A DNA stretch of 64,000 nt. Source: a virus. This document shows positions 39,701 to 47,600 of this stretch, piece by piece. The DNA lies in IMG/VR virus record IMGVR_UViG_3300045974_000806, positions 46,272-110,271 of that record, one strand, 5' to 3'. Within the stretch, counting starts at the first letter, position 1. Every line of letters begins with the position of its first letter. The position numbers and the translations under genes were made by a program. The notes beneath the pieces are model-generated. The model was given only the letters and a program-made list of their open reading frames with translations, did no database searches and was not told the DNA's origin.

Positions 39701-42514
39701 ATGCCGTCCTTTGAGCGCGAGGAAGAGACGGGCAAGCGCACCGTGGACCGCTGGTATCCCATCCACCGGTGGAAAGAGGACCGCGTGTGGAGCACCATCG
39801 CGGAGTCCGGCGTGCCGTTCCACAAGGCGTACAGCCTGGGCATGCGCCGGCTGTCCTGTGCCTTCTGCGTGTTTGCGCAGAAGGAAGACTTGATGATTGC
39901 CGCCAAGCACAACCCGGACCTGTTCCAGTCCTATCTGGACTTGGAGCAGCGCGTGGGGTCCGGCTTCACGGCGGACCTGTCCCTGGCGGACGTGGCGGAC
40001 GAGATCAAGCGCCGGCGCGCGGAGGGCATGGAACTCGACGAGACGGCCAAGTGGGTGAAGAAGGCCCTGGCCCAGTGGGAAGAGGTTCCGGAAGCACTCA
40101 TCAAGGCGGAGTTGGAGAAGGCGGAGCCCGACTTCCACGCCGCCATCCTGACCGCGGCGTTTGCCCGCCTGGGCGCAGACGCCCCGGTGGTGGGCGTCAC
40201 CATCGACTGGAAGACCACGGGCGCCTGCGTGCATCTCGACGACCACGCGGACAGCCACCACGTCCTGTGGATGCCGTATCCGGAAGCGTACAACGCGTCC
40301 ATGACCGTGGCGCAATTCGCCATGGACCACGGCCTGTCCCTGGAAGAGAACAACGCGCCCGCGCCCCTTCCGGAACTCGACGAGGACGCAATGGACAAGG
40401 CCGCGACGGATGCGGATGACCTGTCCAAGTCCGGCCCGTTCATTGGTCCCCAGGGTGGGCTCTGGGCAGACCCCAAGCACACCATCCACTGGGACCCGGC
40501 CCTCCACGGACCCGTGGCCGCCAACCGCAAGGTGGTGGTGCATCACGCCGGCGCGGAACTGCAAGGCAAGGCCAAGTTCGGCCACGGCTACCACGCGGAC
40601 CTGCATTACAAGGGGCAGAAGTACACCGTGAAGTTCAACCACGTGGACGGCAAGTTCTCCGGCGAGGTTCACCTCCCGGGCGGGCAGGTCCACCACGTGT
40701 CCAGCGCAAACCAAGCGGCGGACGCGGTGGTGCTCCACAGCGCCGGCCTGGACCACACGCTGAACAGCACGGAAGTCCGGAAGCGCGGGCTGGCCTATTC
40801 CGCGGACAGGTTGCTCAAGCCCACCAAGGACGTGCCGGCCGCCGCGGAGCCGGAGGCCACGCCGGAACCCGCCAAGGTGGAAGCGCCGGCGCACAAGCCG
40901 CTGCCCCTGCCCCCTGGCGTTCCGGAAACCACCATCCCGCCCCCGGGCACGCACCTGGGCACCATCCACCAAGGGGAACTGGACAACACCGTGGCGCCGG
41001 CACCTGCGCCCGCGGCGGAGCCGTCCCTGTTCGCCATGGACCCGCCCGCCCCACCGCCCCCGCCGCCCCCGCCGGCCAAGCCCGCGGACCCGCGGCGCAC
41101 CGCGCTGGGCGGAATCCTGGGCAAGAAGGCCCCGCTCTACATGGCCGCCACCAAGGGGACCATCCATGAGAAGCAGGCCGCCAAGTACGTGCTGGTGGAG
41201 GCGGAAAGCCTCATCCCCAGCCACCAGCCGCAGAAGGGCTTTGCGGAGCATCCGGCCTACCCCAAGGACGTCCAGACCCGCCCCTATGACCGCGACGAGG
41301 GGGACCAGATGAAGGTCCACGGCGCGGCCGGCGCCATGAACCCGGAGATCGTGTTCACGCCCAGCGTGGACGCCATGCAGGGTCCGCCTGTCATCACGGA
41401 GGACGGCGTGGTGTTGGGCGGCAACGGCCGGACCATGGCCCTGCAACTCCACTACGCGTCGAACGACCCCAAGGCCCAGGAAACCCGGGACTTCCTGGCG
41501 GAGAACGCCGGCACCTACGGCTTCACGGAGGCGGACGTCCGCTCCATGAAGAACCCGGTGGTGGTGCGGCAGGTGGAGACGCCCGACAAGAGCCAGCGCG
41601 CGCTGGCCCTGTTGGTCCACCGGTACAACGAGTCATCCAGCCAGGAACTGCAACCCCTGGCGGAGAGTGTGGCGGACGCCCGGCGCCTGGACGACACCAC
41701 CATGTCCGCCCTCACGGCCATTCCGGAGGACGGCACCCTCAAGGAGTTCCTGGGCTCCGCGGACTCCCGCCCGTTCGTTTCCGCGCTCCGGAACACGGGC
41801 ATCATCAACCAGCGCAACGCCACCAAGTACGTGGAGGGCGACGGGCTGTTGAACACCGCCGGCAAGAACCTTGCGGAGAGCATCCTGACCGCGGCCGTGC
41901 TTCCGGACGTCAAGCTGCTGGAAGACATTGACGGGCAGGTCCGGAACTCCCTCACGCGCGCGGCACCCTACGTCCTGGCCGCGGCGGCGGGGTCTGACCC
42001 GGACTGGGACCTGCGCCCGGCCCTCAAGGCAGCAGCGCGGGACCTCATCACCATCCGCTCCAAGCACCGGGCGGAGGTGGAGGCCGGCACCGTGCAGTCC
42101 GTGGCCAAGCGGGATGCAGAAGGCAAGCCGGTGAAGGTCAACGGCCAGACGGTCATGGTCAACAAGGAACCCACGGTGGACGAGTTCCTGAGCGGCGGTG
42201 CCCAGGGCGCGCTCATTCCGGAGTCCCACGCGGTGGACGGCGTGAAGCACGGGGAGGACGTGCTGCGCCTGCTGTTTGAACACGGGGACCGGCCCACCGT
42301 GCTGGCCCGGGTGATGTCCGGCTTCCTGGCGGAGGCCCGGAAGAACCCCAAGGGCCAGGGCGGCATGTTCGGGTCCCTGTCCGCCGGCGACCCCGGGGAC
42401 ACGCTGCGCAAGCTGGCCGCGGCGGTGGACAAGAGCCAGGACAGCCCGGAGGACCCGCGCCTGTGGCTGGACGCGGCCATTGACGCCCTGGAATCCGGAA
42501 TCCTTACGACCTGA
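36752..42514 (+). CDS. polyvalent protein (1920 aa): kinase-like, DarA-C-like, PAPS-reductase-like and ddrB-like ParB domains
   Basis: ATG at 36752 overlaps upstream TGA; FLGKGDDG..VVK..HD..LFDIG; RYGMSLRPPGLGALP; NSSAGKDSQAML..WPSSDARFCTSDHK..RLSCAFC; GPPVI..GGNGRTMAL; three tag copies. Confidence 0.8.
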   Translation: MKLRLEADPAELQTRGDVLLTSLSHAVEPHAPALAESLRKAIPERPPVVSKHRALRELTRDVQGLYADTVERMLAEVGQALDRRVEEMTTGSGDGSLMKGGPFIGPQGGLWADPKHTVHWDPDVHGSTHHPVAWAVPIHAKISGEENHVAMYHVTHKGNGNVMVSRHKDGQYGQTMPVESLKHFRNDLSAVVDLPPSGNPDIDAVTSGKAKFLGKGDDGMAFHVGDKVVKVSSTVPYHPDNPGHRSPEGAADMLRAQVDVGNHLADLGVPCIQRSEFIKHGDKGFQIKPWVRIPEKFTRAQLDKIQGAVIAMHEAGYAMHDQIQPGLDDKGEPVLFDIGKAAPLDKEGTQGRKWAIEDDVSHLQRLYEKSGVDFINRNTPQAKQDFDKVVAMSVPKKDGKRGGAGLYADLLTMQGKKLLRATEGTDEHIGHVVNFVEALRDVRDNHGPIHPKLLDEARKIIPEDWHDMLDGLDKEKAAKAGYADADDLHKSGPFIGPNGGLWADAKHTIHWDPAKHGPGTPVRYGMSLRPPGLGALPSGVKWDLVARGKHPASSFPGRPDLPVSEHHLHGEVELPGHLDPERAAAMDMVRISPAPVEAPPARAAKPEQLGLFSMPAKPPEPEDKPSSRRLLAIVDNDPALTQEQKLAPTAEVMKAILAKPASDPGQWKLPAGARFDPWEPKAVPEDAEWEHPDFGSGTGAAPWQQGDDWKPDFHKYDVLLVNSSAGKDSQAMLSHVVAQADAAGFPREKIVVVHCDLGRVEWEGTKELAIQQAQHYGLRVEVVQRTQNDLLEQIEERHGDLTQRQEDVGKLVAAGIRTWADLAAMDPATVQKHLGEGKGASKWEAQHRAEELVDKAQKKLEAAQEWEPLHNAHQAALAQHAEDMTAYEARVAANPKDKKNKPKAPKKPKGKPVFAADPVDFGKAIAWPSSDARFCTSDHKRAEVKKLMTRLADEHREKNGPKSKPRILNALGLRAQESDSREAMPSFEREEETGKRTVDRWYPIHRWKEDRVWSTIAESGVPFHKAYSLGMRRLSCAFCVFAQKEDLMIAAKHNPDLFQSYLDLEQRVGSGFTADLSLADVADEIKRRRAEGMELDETAKWVKKALAQWEEVPEALIKAELEKAEPDFHAAILTAAFARLGADAPVVGVTIDWKTTGACVHLDDHADSHHVLWMPYPEAYNASMTVAQFAMDHGLSLEENNAPAPLPELDEDAMDKAATDADDLSKSGPFIGPQGGLWADPKHTIHWDPALHGPVAANRKVVVHHAGAELQGKAKFGHGYHADLHYKGQKYTVKFNHVDGKFSGEVHLPGGQVHHVSSANQAADAVVLHSAGLDHTLNSTEVRKRGLAYSADRLLKPTKDVPAAAEPEATPEPAKVEAPAHKPLPLPPGVPETTIPPPGTHLGTIHQGELDNTVAPAPAPAAEPSLFAMDPPAPPPPPPPPAKPADPRRTALGGILGKKAPLYMAATKGTIHEKQAAKYVLVEAESLIPSHQPQKGFAEHPAYPKDVQTRPYDRDEGDQMKVHGAAGAMNPEIVFTPSVDAMQGPPVITEDGVVLGGNGRTMALQLHYASNDPKAQETRDFLAENAGTYGFTEADVRSMKNPVVVRQVETPDKSQRALALLVHRYNESSSQELQPLAESVADARRLDDTTMSALTAIPEDGTLKEFLGSADSRPFVSALRNTGIINQRNATKYVEGDGLLNTAGKNLAESILTAAVLPDVKLLEDIDGQVRNSLTRAAPYVLAAAAGSDPDWDLRPALKAAARDLITIRSKHRAEVEAGTVQSVAKRDAEGKPVKVNGQTVMVNKEPTVDEFLSGGAQGALIPESHAVDGVKHGEDVLRLLFEHGDRPTVLARVMSGFLAEARKNPKGQGGMFGSLSAGDPGDTLRKLAAAVDKSQDSPEDPRLWLDAAIDALESGILTT

Positions 42515-42525
42515 TCCGGAACCTT

Positions 42526-42565
42526 TGCTTTTTGTATTGCCTTCCGGAACCGGAGGAACTAAGTG
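42526..42565 (+). promoter_or_regulatory. conserved sigma70-like promoter, copy 4
   Basis: TGCTTTTTGTA-TTGCCT-N17-TAAGTG. Confidence 0.65.
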
Positions 42566-42619
42566 TTGGGCTCCACCAAGGACGCGCCTCAAAACAGGGC
42601 GCCCACCAAGGAGAACCCA

Positions 42620-44617
42620 ATGATCATCACCGCGAAGTGGAACAGCGCCTGCCCCGTTTGCACCAAGCTCATCTCCGCCGGCTCCGCCTGCGACTGGCAG
42701 AAGGGCAAGAAGGCCACCCACGTGGCGTGCGCCTCCGCCGAGGCCAAGGAAACCCTGGAAGCCTCACGCGCCAGCGCCCCGGCCGCCAACGCCACCATCC
42801 CGGTCCCTGAAGCCCCCGCCGGCCTGAACTACCTCCCCTTCCAGGCCGCGGGCATCCAGTTCGCGCTGGCCCGGTTCGCCGCCGGCAAGAACGGCGTGTT
42901 GGTGGCTGACGAGATGGGCCTGGGCAAGACCATCCAGGCCCTGGGCGTCTGCAACGGGCTGGCGCCGGCCGCGGAGAAGCCCCTCAATGTGCTGGTGGTG
43001 TGCCCCGCGTCCCTGCGCCTGAACTGGGCACGTGAGGCGTCCAAGTGGCTGGTGGGCCGCTGGGAGGTGACCACGTTCCTGAAGACGGACAAGGTGCTCA
43101 CCGCGCGCTCAGACGTCGCCATCCCGTACGCGCAGCACTCCCTGACCGTGGTGAATTACGACATCCTGAGCAAGGTGCCCTGTGTCCACGGGACGGAGTG
43201 GGACGTCCTGATTGTGGACGAAAGCCACTACGCGAAGAACGGGAAGGCCAAGCGGACCCAGTTCCTGGCGGCCATCAAGTCCACCCGCCGCGTGTTCCTG
43301 ACGGGCACGCCCATCTGCAACCGCCCCTCTGAACTGGTGTCCCTGCTCACCCAGATTGAGCCCAGCGAGTGGGGCGCCTTTGGGGAACAGAAGGCGTTCT
43401 TCAAGTTCGCCTACCGGTTCTGCAACCCCACCAAGGTGTGGACCGGCTTCAAGTACGTCACCGACTTCACCGGCGCATCCAACCTTGATGAACTGCAAAT
43501 CAAGCTGCGCACCGGCGTCATGGTCCGCCGCATGAAGGCGGACGTGCTGAAGGAACTGCCCCCCAAGACCCGGCAGGTGGTGGTGCTTCCGGAGAACGGC
43601 GCCAGCGCCGCGGTGAAGGCGGAGCGCGCCGCGTTTGGTGAGGACATGGCGGAGCGCCTGACCGCGGTGGCGGATGACGCGGACGCCTACGCGTCCCTAG
43701 TGGCGGAACTGACCTCCCCCAAGGCCCCGTCCTTTGAGGCCATCTCCCTGGCCCGGCAGGCCCTGGCCATTGAGAAGGTGCCCTACGTGGTGGACCACGT
43801 GCGGCAGGCCCTGGAAGACAACGACGGCCACAAGGTGGTGGTGATGGCGCATCACAAGGCGGTGGTGGACGCCCTGATGGCCGGCCTGGGCGAGTTCGGC
43901 GCGGTCAAGATCGACGGGTCCATGGGCGCGGAGGACCGCGAGGCCAGCGTGACCAAGTTCCAGACCGACGCGGCCACCCGCGTGTTCGTGGGCAGCATCA
44001 TGGCGGCCGGCGTGGGCATCACGCTCACCGCGGCCCACCACGTGGTGTTCGCGGAGTTGGACTGGGTTCCGGGCAACGTGTCCCAGGCAGAGGACCGCTG
44101 CCACCGCATTGGCCAGCATGACAACGTGCTGGTGCAGCACCTTGTGTTTGACGGCTCCCTGGACGCGCTGCTGGTGCAGACCATCCTGGGCAAGCAGGCC
44201 GTCATCTCCGCCGGCCTGGACACCCAGCAGGCCGTGGTGGATGCCCCCGCGGCCATGGTGGCCCGCAGCGCCGCCAAGCCGGCCCCCAAGACGGCGGAGG
44301 AAGTGGCCGCGGGCAGCGAGTTCACCGCGGAAGTCCGCGAGGCCACCATGCGCGGCCTCAAGTCCCTGTCCGCGGTGTGTGACGGCGCCCACGACGAGGA
44401 CGGGATGGGCTTCAACGGCCGTGACAGCGGCTTTGGCAAGTCCCTGGCCGCCCGCGCGTTCCTGACGGACAGCATGACCCGCGCGGCCATCAAGATGCTG
44501 CGCACCTACCGCAACACCCAGTTGTCCGCGGACGTCACCTCCGTCCTGGCCCCGTTCTGGCCCACCAAGGCCAAGGCGCCCAAGGCCGCCAAGGCGGACG
44601 CGCCCGCCGCGGAGTGA
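42620..44617 (+). CDS. SNF2-family (HARP/SMARCAL1-like) helicase
   Basis: ADEMGLGKTIQA, VVCPASLRLNW, IVDESH, LTGTPICN, AAGVGITLTAA, QAEDRCHRIGQ. Confidence 0.93.
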   Translation: MIITAKWNSACPVCTKLISAGSACDWQKGKKATHVACASAEAKETLEASRASAPAANATIPVPEAPAGLNYLPFQAAGIQFALARFAAGKNGVLVADEMGLGKTIQALGVCNGLAPAAEKPLNVLVVCPASLRLNWAREASKWLVGRWEVTTFLKTDKVLTARSDVAIPYAQHSLTVVNYDILSKVPCVHGTEWDVLIVDESHYAKNGKAKRTQFLAAIKSTRRVFLTGTPICNRPSELVSLLTQIEPSEWGAFGEQKAFFKFAYRFCNPTKVWTGFKYVTDFTGASNLDELQIKLRTGVMVRRMKADVLKELPPKTRQVVVLPENGASAAVKAERAAFGEDMAERLTAVADDADAYASLVAELTSPKAPSFEAISLARQALAIEKVPYVVDHVRQALEDNDGHKVVVMAHHKAVVDALMAGLGEFGAVKIDGSMGAEDREASVTKFQTDAATRVFVGSIMAAGVGITLTAAHHVVFAELDWVPGNVSQAEDRCHRIGQHDNVLVQHLVFDGSLDALLVQTILGKQAVISAGLDTQQAVVDAPAAMVARSAAKPAPKTAEEVAAGSEFTAEVREATMRGLKSLSAVCDGAHDEDGMGFNGRDSGFGKSLAARAFLTDSMTRAAIKMLRTYRNTQLSADVTSVLAPFWPTKAKAPKAAKADAPAAE

Positions 44618-44692
44618 AGCGGCCCCTGGCCCGGTGGCGCCTTCCGGAATGGATGGCCGCCACCGGGTCCCTGCGGTAGTCTCGCGCGCACC

Positions 44693-47600
44693 ATGCCCTT
44701 GCTCACCGCGCGCCTCATCCAAGAGATCAAAGAGATCATCCGGAAGCACCACACGGCGTTCGTGGCCAACGCGTTTGGCAAGGACGTGCTCCCCCCGGAA
44801 GCGGTGGAGAAGCTGCGCGCGGCCGGCCTCATCAGCCAGACACAGGGCAGCAGCCTGGACGACGCCTACCTCTACGGGCAGGTGATGGCCCAGGTGGAGA
44901 AGCCGGAGGTGGCCGAGTGGTCCGCCGCCCAGGTCCGGTCCTACGCGGCCCAGAACCCCGTCCCCCTCACCCAGGTGGAGCGTGAAGCGGTGAAGACGGC
45001 CCGGCTCACCGGCGCGGAGTATTGCCAGGGCCTGGGCAACGTCATTGAGAAGCAGACCGGCCAGTTGCTGATCGAGGCGGACCACGCGCTGCGGGAAGAC
45101 CTGCAGGGGAAGATTGCGGACGCCACTGCGGTGAACATTGCCGCGCGCGGCACGGTGAAGGCGCTCAAGACGGACCTGGGCTGGGCCACGCAGGACTGGG
45201 CCAGGAACTTGGACCGCATTGCCATCACGGAGAAGCAGAACGCGATGCAGCAGGGTGTGGCGGATGGCATCCGGAAGCGCGTGGGGGAGGAAGCCCGCGT
45301 GTCCATCCGGTGCATGCCGGACGCCTGTGGCGCGTGCCGGGCGTTCAGCATTGGCCCGGACGGCGCCCCGCGCATCTACCGCCTGAGCCAGTTGGGGCCT
45401 CCGGGCTCCAACGTCCACCGCAAGCAGAACGCGTGGGTGGCGTGCGTGGGCGCGGTGCATCCGCACTGCCATCCCGCAGGGACCGTGGTTCAGACGCGGC
45501 GGGGGCGCATCCCGATTGAGACGGTGGTGCCGGGGGACATGGTGCTGACGCACCGGGGCCGGTGGATGCCTGTGAGCCACACGTGGGCGTCCCGGTATTC
45601 CGGAATCATGTTGCGCGTGAGGACGGAAAGCGCGGTGGTTGACGTGACTCCGGAGCATCCGTTGTTCCGCTCAAACGGAACCACCGCTTCCGCGCAAAAC
45701 CTCCAACAGGGTGACAACCTTTTGGACCTCCGCTTGGACGGAGAACCCGCGCCGTCGGTCCAAGGTGATGCGGACCACGGACCATCCGCGCCGCTTGAGC
45801 GCGCGCATCTTGCGCGCATCCTGTTTGGCCTTTCTCCCGCTGGCGTGCCAGTTGCCGCCGTCAACTTCCACGGCGAGCTTTTCCTGTGGGAAGGCAATGT
45901 CCACCAGAAACGTGCCCACAATGAAGCCTGGGAGCCCAGCCATTCCGACGGCGCAAAGCGCCTCATGGATGAGGCGTTCACCGGGACTTTTGAGTTGACC
46001 GCTTTGGGCTTGAAGCACCTTGAGGATGTGCCCACGGGAGTTCCGTTTGCCACGTCGGGCTGCATGCGCAGCGTTGGCGCGGGCACTACGTTCCTCCGGG
46101 CTGGACCGGGCGTTGCGGAGGCGTTGGGCTTCCCCCATCCCGCGGACGACGTGTCCAGCACGCTCCAAGCGGAGCACCACGGTCCCACGGGCCACCCCCA
46201 GCCGCCGGGCAATCTCCTGTACCGGGAGCAGTTGGTTGAGGTGCAAGTCTACAAGGACCGCTTCATCAATTTCGCGCCGGTACACCATGAGCCCTCCGTG
46301 GCTTTCAGTGCCCCGACGGTGCGGCAAGCTGCGTCCATTGTCAATGTCAGTTCAAACCAGTTTGATGGGTTGGTGTTCAACCTGACCGTTCCGGAAGATC
46401 ACAGTTACACGGCCAACGGGCTGGCCTCGCACAACTGCCAGTGCCAGTTGGTCCGCTTGCCCGTGGGCTGGGGATACAACGCGGAAGGGGAGATGGAGCC
46501 CGGCGGCCGGTTCGGCGTGGAGGTTCCGGAAGACGAGGAAGAGGCGGAGAAGGCGTTCCGGATGGAAGTGGAGCACCGGGAGGCCATGCAGAAGGGCGGC
46601 ACCCTGGACTTCCAGGGCATGCCCATCCGGATCGAACAGGACGCGGGGGAGGTGCGCCACTGGCGGGACCGTCACGGCGAGTCCGGCAGCACCACCATGC
46701 AACACGCCTACGGGGAGATTGTGGGCACCAAGGGCGCCGACGGTGACCCGGTGGACGTGTTCCTGGGCATGAACCCCAACGCGTCCCACGTCTACGTTGT
46801 CCACCAGCGGAAGAAGCGTGCGGACGGGACGTTTGGTGGCTTTGACGAGGACAAGGCGTTCCTGGGCTTCTCTTCTCCGGAAGAGGCCAAGGCCGCCTAC
46901 CTGTTGCACTACGACAACCCGGAGTTCTTTGGCGGGATGTCCGCGGTGGGCCTGGAAGACTTCCGCGCGCGCGTAGGCGCCCCCGGCCCCCTGGTGGGGG
47001 AACCGGTCCACACTCCGGAACTGACCTTCACCGTGGCGCTTCCGGAATCCGCGGCGGACATGGCCAAGGCCGCCGTCCGCCCGCCGGCCGTTCCGGACAT
47101 GACGTTCACCCTGGGCAAGGCGTTTGGCCAAGCCGCGGCCGGTCACAAGTACATCCGGCGCACGTACACCAAGGGCCATTGGGTCTATGAGTACGCGGAG
47201 CAGCACGGCGGGCACGTGAGTAGCCACGCCACGGACCCGGACAAGGTGATGCTCAAAGTGGAGCCCCACCACGCCAACGCCCTGGCGGCGCTGGCGGAGA
47301 TGCACGGCATCCATCCGGAACTGGTGCATGGGAGCACGCACGTCATGCTGCCCCTCACCCACGCCCAGGCTGATTCCATCCACCACGGTGAGACGGGCAC
47401 GCCCATCCCGGCCGCCATGCTGCCCACGCCGGCCCTGGCCACCGTGCTGCCCTTCCCCACGCCCGCTCAGGTGGCCCCCGTGGCTCCGGCACCCCTGGCC
47501 CCGACCGTGGCGCCTGCGCCGGCTCAGGTGGCTCCGCGGGCACGCCCGGCCCCGGCCCAGCAGATGGGCCTCTTTGACACCATGCCCGCGGCCCAGGCCG

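Larger units (their letters stand above)
45467..46435 (+). mobile_element. intein (323 aa) inserted in the gpF HPH|CxC motif
   Basis: starts CHPAGTVVQTRRGRIPIETVVPGDMVLT, block B VTPEHP, ends VFNLTVPEDHSYTANGLASHN followed by Cys+1. Confidence 0.9.

Noticed and set aside
38890-39990. Complete Dnd/Ssp phosphorothioation system
   Set aside because: Only a PAPS-reductase-like domain is present; no cysteine desulfurase, DndD or DndE partners in the window.
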